Origin: Mizuhopecten yessoensis
Lineage: Eukaryota
DNA length: 64,000 nucleotides
Assembly (NCBI RefSeq): GCF_002113885.1
Contig: NW_018479985.1
Location: 86,127 to 150,126 of the forward strand
Direction: 5' to 3'
Shown: in pieces, positions 51,730 through 63,100 of the stretch
Numbering within the stretch: position 1 is the first letter of the stretch
Layout of the letters: each line of letters begins with the position of its first letter
Notes under the pieces: model-generated
What the model was told of the DNA's origin: nothing
What the model saw: only the letters and a program-made list of their open reading frames with translations
The model's database searches: none
Position numbers and translations under genes: made by a program

Positions 51730-54390
51730 TCAATCTTTACCTTGGTATTTAGACTATCTCTCAATCTTTACCTGGGTATTTAGACTATCTCTCAATCTTT
51801 ACCTTGGATTTTAGACTCTCAATCTTTATCTTAGTATTAAGACTTTATCTCAATCTTTACCTGGGTATTTAGACTATCTCTCAATCTTTACCTTGGATTT
51901 TAGACTCTCAATCTTTATCTTAGTATTAAGACTTTATCTCAATCTTTACCTTGGTATTTAGACTTTATCTCAATCTTTACCTTGGTATTTGACTTTATCT
52001 CAACCTTTACCTTGGTATTTGATTTTATCTCAAATTTTACCTTGGTATTTGACTTTATCACAATCTTTACCTTGGTATTTGACTTTATCTCAACCTTTAC
52101 CTTGGTATTTGATTTTATCTCAAATTTTACCTTGGTATTTGACTTTATCACAATCTTTACCTTGGTATTTGACTTTATCTCTCAATCTTTACCTTGGTTT
52201 TTAGACTATATCTCAATCTTTACCTTGGTATTTAGACTTAATCTCAATCTTTACCGTGGTATTTAGACTTTATCTCAATCTTTACCTTGTTATTTGACTT
52301 TATCTCATTCTTTACCTTGGTATTTCACTTTATCTCTCAATCTTTACCTTGGTTTTTAGACTATATCTCAATCTTTACCTTGGTATTTAGACTTAATCTC
52401 AATCTTTACCGTGGTATTTAGACTTTATCTCAATCTTTACCTGGGTATTTAGACTTAATCTCTCAATCTTTATCTTGGTATTTAGACTTTATCTCAATCT
52501 ATACCTTGTTATTTAGACTATATCTCAATATTTACCTTGGTATTTAGACATTATCTCAACCTTTACCTTGTTCTTTAGACTATATCTCAATATTTACCTT
52601 GTTACATAGACTTTATCTCAATCTTTCCCTTGGTATTTAGACTTAATCTCAATCTTTACCGTGGTATTTAGACTTTATCTCAATCTTTACCTAGGTTTTT
52701 AGACTTAATCTCAATCTTTACCTTGGTATTTAGACTATATCTCAATCTTTACCTTGGTATTTAGACTTTTTCTCAATCTTAAACTTGGTATTGACTTTAT
52801 CACAATCTTTACCTTGGTATTTGACTTTATCTCAATCTTTACCTTGGTATGTAGACTTTATCTCAATCTTTACCTTGGTATTTAGACTTTATCTCAATCT
52901 TTACCTTGTTATTTAGACTATATCTCAATATTTACCTTGGTATTTAGACATTATCTCAATCTTTACCTTGTTCTTTAGACTATATCTCAATATTTACCTT
53001 GTTACATAGACTTTATCTCAATCTTTACCTTGGTATTTAGACTTAATCTCAATCTTTACCTTGGTATTTAGACTTTATCTCAATCTTTACCTTGGTATTT
53101 AGACTCTATCTCAATCTTTACCTTGTTATTTAGACTTTATCTCAATCTTTACCTGGGTATTTAGACTTAATCTCTCAATCTTTACCTTGGTATTTAGACT
53201 TTATCTCAATCTTTACCTTGGTATTTGACTTTATCTTTACCTTGGTTTTTAGATTTTATCTCAATCTTAAACTTGGTATTTAGACTTTATCTCAATATTT
53301 ACCTTGGTATTTAGACTTTATCTCAATCTTTACCTTGGTATTTAGACTTTATCTCAATCCCTACCTTGGTATTTAGACTTTATCTCAATCTTTACCTTGG
53401 TTTTTAGACTTTATCTCAATCTTTACCTTGGTATTTAGACTTTATCTCAATCTTTACCTTGGTATTTAGACTTTATCTCAATCTTTACCTTGGTATTTAG
53501 ACTTTATCTCAATCTTTACCTTGGTATTTAGACTATATCTCAATCCTTACCTTGGTATTTAGACTTTATCTCAATCTTTACCTTGGTATTTAGACTTTAT
53601 CTCAATCTTTACCTTGTTATTTAGACTTTATCTCAATCTTTACCTTGGTATTTAGACTTTATCTCAATCTTTACCTTGGTATTTAGACTTTATCTCAATC
53701 TTTACCTTGGTATTTAGACTTTATCTCAATCTTTACCTTGGTATTTAGACTTTATCTCAATCTTTACCTTGGTATTTAGACTTTATCTCAATCTTTACCT
53801 TGGTATTTAGACTTTATCTCAATCTTTACCTTGGTATTTAGACTTTATCTCAATCTTTACCTTGGTATTTAGACTTTATCTCAATCTTTACCTTGGTATT
53901 TAGACTTTATCTCAATCTTTACCTTGGTATTTAGACTTTATCTCAATCTTTACCTTGGTATTTAGACTTTATCTCAATCTTTACCTTGGTATTTAGACTT
54001 TATCTCAATCTTTACCTTGGTATTTAGACTATATCTCAATATTTACCTTGGTATTTAGACATTATCTCAATCTTTACCTTGTTCTTTAGACTATATCTCA
54101 ATATTTACCTTGTTACATAGACTTTATCTCAATCTTTACCTTGGTATGTAGACTTTATCTCAATCTTTACCTTGGTATTTAGACTTTATCTCAATCTTAA
54201 ACTTGGTATTTAGACTTAATCTCAATCTTTACCTTGTTATTTAGACTATATCTCAATATTTACCTTGGTATTTAGACTTTATCTCAATCTTTACCTAGGT
54301 ATTTAGAATTTATCTCAATCTTAAACTTGGTATTTAGACTTTATCTCAATATTTACCTTGTTATTTAGACTTTATCTCAATCTTTACCCT
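51730..54390. repeat. 30/31-bp intronic minisatellite, ~2.7 kb
   Basis: Unit tttagactttatctcaatctttaccttggta, ~85 copies, near-identical core ~53640-54030. Confidence 0.98.
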
Positions 54391-55535
54391 GGGAGGATCT
54401 CTAAACAACACCTTACAATCATTGGATATTGTTTATAGTTTGAGAGATACCTTGTTGGAATTAGGTACTGTTTCTGTGTTCAGCAATAAAAAAAACAATT
54501 TGATAGTATTTTTTGAAAAATATTTTGAACAACATTCAGTATTTATTAGACATGGCAGATACCCATTGTGTAGAAACTGTAGTATAAAGTTCCATATTTC
54601 TGAATTAAGATAAAAAGGAGATTACTTCCACATATCACTGAAGTCTGTCTTTAAAGGCCCTTAATTTGAAGTTGTTTTCAAATTAAATGAGAAAAAATCA
54701 TGTGAAGCTTCTTACAAGACTAAATCTTTAACCTGATTTGAAATATAAGGATATTGATATCAGGATTAACAATGAGTAGGACCATTATTCCATATAAAGA
54801 TAGTAATCTTTACCTATATTTCAACTCTCCTGATTGGCAGAAATCCTCTGTAGTTTGGTATTTTTATGAAATGATGGGATTGGTATATCATGCAAACTCC
54901 TATACATTTCCTGAGTATAATATAGAATAATTCTTGTTTCATGCAGTGCATGATTGAGTGAGACACTTCCTCGATAATAAATCATTAAGCTTGCAGACTT
55001 GTTTCTGTGGTTCGTGCTATTCTATGGAGCTATATATGGCTCCAGTAGGGCTATAATTAGACACGCAGTCCTATATTTGGATCATGTTTACTTGTCTTTT
55101 ATTCATCAGGCTACTAAAAATAGATTCCCTAAAGAGAAAAATAAAGGTCTTGGCCTCCAGATAGAAAAGGAGCGAAGTAACAGACAGCATTAGAGCTTCC
55201 ACTTAAACGATCCAAATAGATTGGATTATTCTAGAAAATTGTTTACGATATCTGGTGCCTAATGAAATAGAGGTTTCGTACATCACGTTTCCATTTATTA
55301 TTGAGCTGAAAATAGAACTGTGGGACGTTTCCGTCTCCTTCAGTATCATGTCTTTCGGGAATTTGTCAAAATTACAACAAATCTTTTGTAAATACACCTA
55401 ACATCGGTAGCTTAGTTAGCGAACTGCTACAGAATACAGATCAACAATATAATCCTAAAACCAATCTTTTGTGCATTTTTCAGATAATCCTAAAAAGAAT
55501 TTTATACTGAAATATACATGTTGACATTAAAATTT

Positions 55536-55826
55536 ACCAGTAACAGCAGAATACTTAGATTCACAGTTATGAACTGTTGACGACCAAATAGTTAGGTTTA
55601 CAATAATGAATAGGTGATAACAAAATTGTTGGGTTCACGATAATGAACAAGTAACAACTAAATACTTAGGTTCACAGAAGTGAACAAGTAACAACAGAAT
55701 CGCTAGGTTCACAGCAATTAACAAGTAACAACAGAATTGTTAGGTTCACAAAAATGAACAAGTAACATTAGAATTATTGCGTTCACAGTAATGAACAGGG
55801 GGGAACAAAATTCTTAGGTTCACGGC
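55536..55826. repeat. Degenerate ~37-bp intronic minisatellite
   Basis: Recurrent aacaagtaacaacagaat..ttaggttcacag. Confidence 0.75.
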
Positions 55827-56489
55827 TATATAGCATAAAACTGAAGGGTTCTGTTTTTGAAATACAACAGTATTTTCCATTTTTATGGTAATTGTATCCT
55901 TTTGGAAACTTAGATAGTATACCTCTGTTACAATTTCAACTCCAGATCTAATAAAACGTTCTAACAACTTGATTTCTATACGCTATGTGCTCTAGAAAAT
56001 ATCTAAAGCTGATTATTATTAATATATGGACAAATTTGGACTTGCTTTGGTAAGTGAATTACCTGGTCTATAATGAGAGGTCTAACGAAGATGATAGGTT
56101 CTGGTTGCTATGGTAATCTGGTTAGAATACCTGTAAATTGGATTTAGATTCCCCAGCAGGTTTTGTACATTGATAGGGTCCATTTATGGTAATGAGGGTT
56201 TATATATATATATAAGCCATGCATTCCAATATTATATCGCTGATGAGCCCATAGTTTGATTAAAAATTGTGATTTTATTGATCAAGATTATGCATAAGTG
56301 AAAAACTATAAAGTTTAAAATGGCAGTAAAATCATTGACAGTCTTGAAATGAACGTAAGGGATAACAAAATTATTTGCAATCAATGATATGATAATTGCA
56401 GAAGATACATGTCACATGATAGGTCCTTTAATAGGTAACTCCAATGTAGCATCTCCACATATATTGTATGTTCATTTTGTCATGTTCAG

Positions 56490-56695
56490 ATTGAAAGTCG
56501 AGCAGCCGACCTGTCCATGTATCAGAGACAGTTGTTTGGAGATGTCGATGCTGATGCAGACAGCGCCAACGCCAACTTGCCACGTCGGCCAGTTCACAAA
56601 ACCTGTTCAGCCGACGCAGCCATGATGGCAAAAGAAGACTTTGGTATCGCCAGTCAGAACAACAATTCACAGCCACGACCAAAATCTCGGAACAT
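56490..56695 (+). CDS. RGS3: RGS3-like protein exon (IESRAADLSMYQ...RPKSRN)
   Basis: Acceptor gttcag|ATT, donor AAC AT|gtaagt; 206 nt, phase 0/2, in frame with both neighbours. Confidence 0.88.
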
Positions 56696-57053
56696 GTAAG
56701 TCTAACTTTACCAGTCTCCTAATAATGAATGAAATCTATTTAACTGAAGAATGTTATTATCTTTGTAAAATTATTTTTTCTTTTCTTGTTTTCTAATTTT
56801 TAAATTTATCATGCCGTATTTTTTTACTTTATTTGATAAGGATTGCTTAAAATTTTAAATGGCATAACAAATTTGTTTTTTAAAAATTTTCAACAGTTAA
56901 ATTTAGTTTGCAATGATAAACTCTGCCTTTGCTTTGGAAGGTAAAAGGTTTTACAATGTTTAAATTGATTAAAAATATACTCCTTTTTATACACTGTTCA
57001 TTTATTGAACACAGGTATGGCAAATTGTTCAAGTATAGTTTTTGCCTTTGTAG

Positions 57054-57205
57054 AGCTAAGAATATGAAAAGGAAATTCCAGTTTTTACGACGCCGAAATA
57101 CAGACACCGCTTTAGTAGGTAGCCTGTTGTCGGTACACTCCCGACCAACGTCAGATCAGGCCTCACAGTGGAGCCATTCATTTGACACGTTGCTAGGCGA
57201 CAAAT
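57054..57205 (+). CDS. RGS3: RGS3-like protein exon (amphipathic basic helix and start of RGS box)
   Basis: Acceptor cctttgtag|A, donor AAA T|gtaagt; 152 nt, phase 2/1. IAKNMKRKFQFLRRRNTD resembles human RGS3 LAKDMKNKLGIFRRRNES (from memory); PTSDQASQWSHSFDTLL begins the RGS box. Confidence 0.93.
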
Positions 57206-57521
57206 GTAAGTATCCTCTCCTATTAACACCATGGGTATTATCTAACTTGAATGAATGGTAAACAATGAAATAAAAGTTCACACAATTTTTTATCAAGAAG
57301 CTTGAAAATGTTCCCTGCTGGTACTCAGTATAGCTACATGTATAAATTACGTAAATATAAAACAATGTCACATTGTTTATAAGTGATATCCTTATCACCC
57401 TACTCACAGACAGCAAATATTTAATTTTATTATTAATAAAAGTTATTAGTAAAATTCCAATGCATTATGTATTAAAAAGTCTTTTTATTAATAAAGCTAT
57501 TAATAAAATTCCAATGCATAA

Positions 57522-57604
57522 CTCATTTACCCCTGAAGACATGTTTGAACTCTTCCAATTCAAAGGTTAGAATAGTTCATTTTGAAACTTCAGGGGTGAA
57601 TCAG
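57522..57604. mobile_element. 83-bp TTAA-type MITE in an RGS intron
   Basis: ATAA|CTCATTTACCCCTGAAG ... CTTCAGGGGTGAATCAG|TTAA; TIR 15/17; same length as, and gaplessly colinear with, the MITE at 36839. Confidence 0.78.
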
Positions 57605-57666
57605 TTAAATAGCATTTATAACATAATGTTCATTTATGATAAATTGGATTTGTGATATGGTTACAG

Positions 57667-57830
57667 ATGGAATAGAGCTATTCAAGGGATTTCTACGATC
57701 AGAATTTAGCGAGGAGAACTTGGAGTTCTGGATTGCTTGCCAAGACTTTAGAACTTGTAAAGACAGCAAGCTGATGGTACAAGCACAGAAAATCTATGCG
57801 GACTTTATCGCTTTCCAGGCTCCTAAAGAG
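57667..57830 (+). CDS. RGS3: RGS domain exon
   Basis: Acceptor ttacag|AT, donor GAG|gtaagt; phase 1/0. (Y)GIELFKGFLRSEFSEENLEFWIACQDF...APKE contains the canonical FLxxEFSEENLEFW motif. Confidence 0.97.
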
Positions 57831-58037
57831 GTAAGTTAAGCCAAGAAACATATTAAAAATATCAAGAGCATTATTGTTTCTGTTCAAATTAAAATATTGA
57901 ATAGTGTGGTGCAAAAACATAATAAATACATCAGTTTGTAAACACACGTAGAATACAATTTCATTTATCTTGTTACTGTTTTACAATTTGATTGGCTTGA
58001 TTGAAATTTTATTTTATTTTATTTTTTTTTTTTTCAG

Positions 58038-58220
58038 GTAAACTTAGATTCCAAAACCAGAATGCAGGCTATATCCAACCTTGACACACCCTCTAGCGAA
58101 ATCTTTTTGGAAGCCCAGAAACGCATCCAAGCATTAATGGAGAAAGACTCTTACCCTAGGTTCCTGGAATCTGATATCTACCTGCAGCTTGTGAATCTGT
58201 CAGACAGTACCAAAAGTTGA
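58038..58220 (+). CDS. RGS3: RGS domain terminal exon
   Basis: Poly-T cag|GTA acceptor; VNLDSKTRMQAISNLDTPSSEIFLEAQKRIQALMEKDSYPRFLESDIYLQLVNLSDSTKS*; canonical LMEKDSYPRF; TGA at 58218-20. Not in the ORF track. Confidence 0.97.
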   Translation, partial: VNLDSKTRMQAISNLDTPSSEIFLEAQKRIQALMEKDSYPRFLESDIYLQLVNLSDSTKS

Positions 58221-58551
58221 ATGTATTGATGGGCTATCAGAATGTCAAGGACCCTTTTATTGATGTTTTTCTTATTGACAATATTTGTGATAAAAACCTC
58301 TTGTCAAGCAGCTGTCAAAATGGGAAAAACTGTGTGGAAATTATTTTATGTGTTCTGTGTTTCATGTATAAAGGGACATCATTTCATCTTCAGAGTAGGA
58401 CTTCAACTATCATACAAAAAAACTGTCAGTAAATTTCTCAGATGGAAATATTTGATTGTTTTTTGAGAGCTTGATAAATGTTTGCAATAGGTTTAACTAG
58501 GACATCATTTCTGAGGACTGAGAGTTGGGTAAATGTTACAAAGTTGAAAAG

Positions 58552-59075
58552 GACACTATTCCTTAGGAATTGACAGTTCGGTAAATACAAATTTTTTGAC
58601 ACTATTCCATAGGAATTGACAGTTCGGTAAATATGAACTTTTTGACACTATTCCTTAGGAATTGACAGTTCGGTAAATATGAACTTTTTGAAACCATTCC
58701 TTAGGAATTGACAGTTTGGTAAATATGAACTTTTTGACACCATTCCTTAGGAATTGACAGTTCGGTAAATATGAACTTTTTGACACCATTCCTTAGGAAT
58801 TGACAGTTCGGTAAATATGAACTTTTTGACACCATTCCTTAGGAATTGACAGTTCGGTAAATATGAACTTTTTGACACCATTCCTTAGGAATTGACAGTT
58901 CGGTAAATATGAACTTTTTGACACCATTCCTTAGGAATTGACAGTTCGGTAAATATGAACTTTTTGACACCATTCCTTAGGAATTGACAGTTCGGTAAAT
59001 ATGAACTTTTTGACACCATTCCTTAGGAATTGACAGTTCGGTAAATATGAACTTTTTGACACCATTCCTGAGGAA
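58552..59075 (+). repeat. 46-bp minisatellite in the predicted 3'UTR
   Basis: Unit gacaccattccttaggaattgacagttcggtaaatatgaacttttt, ~11 copies, last ~7 identical. Confidence 0.96.
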
Positions 59076-59835
59076 AAGTAGATTCATCACTGTAAAACAT
59101 CATCAATGTATTTAGCTTTTGTAATTTTTATACGAAGGGAAAATAACACTGTCAAATTGTCTGGTGAGTTTTTCTTATGACTCCAAACATTGTACATTGG
59201 AGGTTTGAACTCGATGGGACATTAACAAATCGGTATCTGTGTGACACGTAAGCAGTAAAAGGAGAGCCTGTCAATCAGAAGTAAGCCACTATGGGTTGGT
59301 TGATACTGGTACCTATATTGATATCATAGATCATTGAAATAACTTGTCTATGAAACAATGTGATAGTTCTGATGCTTGTTGAGGTGCAATATTACTGTAT
59401 TATCTGCCCTTTGATAACCTTGATTGCACATTAGTTTAAAAAGTCTTTTTGAACTGATCTTGACTGAAGAAAGTTGAATCATCATGGTTAAATGGTGGGT
59501 TTGGTCTGTGCAAGTATCAAACTGGAAATTTTATGAATTGTATTTGTCTTGCAAAAATCATGCTTTTTCATACGGCAATCTGCTTTGCACATTTATTTCG
59601 CATTTTTCTACAAAGTCACAATCTCACGAGAGACATAAATGTTTTTGCAAAAGACGGTGTGTTATTGATGTTTACTGTGTCACTCTGTGGAAGCCTTCTA
59701 GCACAAAATCTCGTTACCAGGAAACCTTTGATCACTTGTAATAGTGACTGCACAGCAAACTTCCCTATGGAGCTTCACTTAATGATCTTCCCATGTTGTG
59801 GAATATTTCTCTGTTATAAGAGATTTGTAAATTGT

Positions 59836-60063
59836 AATAAAATGCTTGATCATAGATCTGATCCTTTACATATGACACCTGGTGAATAATCCCCTCAACT
59901 AGATGGCGTTCTTTTGTATTGTGCAATTTTTGGGATAGTGATAGTTTTTCATCAAATTCAACTTGATATTGTACATGTTTGTATTACTACAACTCGGAAC
60001 AAAATGTCATACTTTATTCAACAATTTCATATAAATTTTCAACAATAAAAAGTTAATAATAAA
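59836..60063 (+). terminator. Candidate polyadenylation signals of the RGS3-like gene
   Basis: AATAAA at 59836, 60044 and 60058, the first I see after the stop codon; T/GT-rich stretch after 60063. Confidence 0.5.
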
Positions 60064-60856
60064 TTTGCTGATGTTTTAATGTTTCATTTTCATGTTTGAA
60101 GGCAATAATGTCCTAAATGACTCCACACATTCAGGCCCTAAAACACTGTTTGATCACATTCAGACCCTTATTCTTATTCATTTGAGACGTAACAAGGCAT
60201 TTGATTGGTCAATCAAAATATTTTGCGACAGTAAAACTGTGATATACCGTCAGAAAATTTCTCATTTGCCTATGAAGCCCGGATGGGGATTGTTAATGAT
60301 GTTGATGACCCCGACTGACCCTGACATGTCACGAAATTAATTATGCATGGCGTCACGAACAATAGGGTGACCCCAAAAGGTCAACGTAATTACACCTCAC
60401 TTTGAATATTTCTGACGTCAGTAATCCACAGCAGAGAGACCCAGAATTTGAAGAAAACACTGAAAAATATCTTTAAATCGTTGTTTTTTTCGTTGGTTTT
60501 GGTTGATAGGAATTAGAATGGGGATAACCCTACTGTATTTTGAAATTTGCAGCAGGATATCGTGATTATACTGTCACAAATGTCTGCTTTACTAGCTCTA
60601 CGGAGGTTTTCCCCTAAGTAACTGAACTCTTCAAGAATCTTTGTTGATAAATCAAGATTTAAACTCGACACATAAACCCGCAAGACCTTCATTTCATTAG
60701 TTTGATATTTTTCTCAAAACTGACTTATTTTGGTATATGTTCATCACTTTTTTAAACTCTATTGTCTCAAAACTGGTTCAAAATTTACACTGCAACCACA
60801 TAAATAGTAATAGTTTTCAGCTTTTCTTATGTAATTTGGTACAGTCCAATCTGCTC

Positions 60857-61363
60857 TAGAGACCATTCCTGTTGAGCAATCCTCTCCCCCAGGGACCTGT
60901 ACTTTCCCATCCCTACAACACAACAGCTATATATATATATGTTAACACTCTACTTAGAGACCATTCCTGTTGAGCAATCCTCTCCCCCAGGGACCTGTAC
61001 TTTCCCATCCCTACAACACAACAACTATATATATATATGTTAACACTCTACTTAGAGACCATTCCTGTTGAGCAATCCTCTCCCCCAGGGACCTGTACTT
61101 TCCCATCCCTACAACACAACAACTATATATATATATGTTAACACTCTACTTAGAGACCATTCCTGTTGAGCAATCCTCTCCCCCAGGGACCTGTACTTTC
61201 CCATCCCTACAACACAACAACTATATATATATATGTTAACACTCTACTTAGAGACCATTCCTGTTGAGCAATCCTCTCCCCCAGGGACCTGTACTTTCCC
61301 ATCCCTACAACACAACAACTATATATATATATGTTAACACTCTACTTAGAGACCATCCCTGTT
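60857..61363. repeat. 98-bp tandem repeat, 5 near-identical copies
   Basis: tagagacc at 60857, 60955, 61053, 61151, 61249, 61347; each unit holds a (TA)n run. Confidence 0.96.
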
Positions 61364-63100
61364 AAAATTTCACTTTGTAACATTTCCTTAATACAGATTT
61401 AAATGGTCATAACACTCAATTTACATATGAAAAATCTGGGATATATTTTTTTTAAATTGTGGATCTGTCAAACAGCTATAACAATTAAGAAAATATTTGA
61501 TAAAAGGTCTTTAAGCAAAGCTTTCTTAAACATTTCCAAGTTTCTGAAATACCAAAAGAGTTGAAAATGTCATTTTGCTATAAATTGATGATGAGATTAA
61601 TGATTAGATATCTTATTTAAAAGTTCTGATTAACTTAATTAAGGATGATCCTGTAACAGCACAGCATCATCTTTTAAGAAACACAGATGGGTTCTGAAAA
61701 TCAATCACCTTAGCTGTTTTCTTGGGTAAAAAAATGCACACTGGAGCTGTTCTCGCCTTCATGCCAAAGAGTCCATGTCTCTGACCTTTCAGAGATGTCT
61801 TCCACTGTGATATGAAATCTGTGATTTTGTAGGGGAGACAATACACAGAGGGAGAGAATCTCCAAACTTCTGTTCAGTTGTGGTGACATTTATTAACATC
61901 AATTAACAGGATAATGAGGCATAAAGGTCTTGTGTCATAAACAAACAAAAAATATTTAAGATAGAAAATCTTCTTTTTTTTTAACTGATAAAATAACTTT
62001 TTCAGTTTAAATTTTCAGTAACCAATACAGAGAACTAAAAATGTAAAAAAGCTAGTTTGTTGGGAGGAGTTGTCTTTAATCCACTGAAAAACTGAGGAGC
62101 ACAGTGGCATGCAGGAGATTCAAAGGAGCAGGAACATTCAATCGAAGCGTAATTTTATATTTTGGAAAGAAAAAGTGTCTTTTCTTATCAACTGATGATT
62201 GTTAGAAAATAAATAGCGACAACATATTGAGCATTGGTCGGCAAAACCATCTATGATAAACATGCCTTGTATTATTTGCAGACAGAATCTACAATGATAA
62301 ACAAATCATGTACAAGTGTTCATTGCGAAAAGGAGACATGGTAGAAATGGAGAAAAAACAAATGCTATAATGTGACAATTCGTAATTTGAAGTATCAAGT
62401 AATTATAAGTCTACAATGATAAAAACACTGGTAACCTTTAGACAAGCATTTACTGTTAGTTCATCACGAAGATCAAAGAGTGGTATTTGTTAGACAATAT
62501 TTACAATGGGAATCGCAGCAATCATTGTACAAGAATTCATAGCTTTAAATTAGATGGCAAGAATCTGCAAAGACACATGCAACATAGTAAATGGTTGGCA
62601 AACACTTACAAGGAGGACACCAATCGTGGTTTGAACAAATCTACAATTAAACTTTAACTGGCATTTCGTTGGAAAATATTTCCAACAAGACAGATTTTGG
62701 CAGTTGGTTGGTAACAGTTGACAAAAGAAATCTACAAGGAAATGAACACCTTTTTGGTAAAATCTATAACGAAACGGAAATATTGGCAATAATAGGTTTA
62801 CAAAAAAAACTAAATGAGAGAAATGTTGGCAACTGGTACGCGAAGATCTATTGAGTAGTTAATTTAACTATTTGCTTTGAATAAATCTGGAGAGACATAT
62901 CACCATAGTCGGTGAAACTGAACAATTTACCTTTATTTTGGCAAAATGTTCAGGCGAAATCTCCTACGAGACATACAGTTTGGCGACAGGTTAGCAAATT
63001 TGGACTAAACAATGGATATATGGTTAAAGACAAGTTTCCCCACAGAGAAACAAACACACTGGAAATGGATTGGCAATTAAAATCTACAATAAGAAATCAA

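Noticed and set aside
58552-59075. CRISPR-like appearance of palindromic 30-48-bp repeats (also 17465-18433, 51730-54390)
   Set aside because: Units are head-to-tail with no unique spacers, there are no cas genes, and the context is a eukaryotic intron-containing gene.
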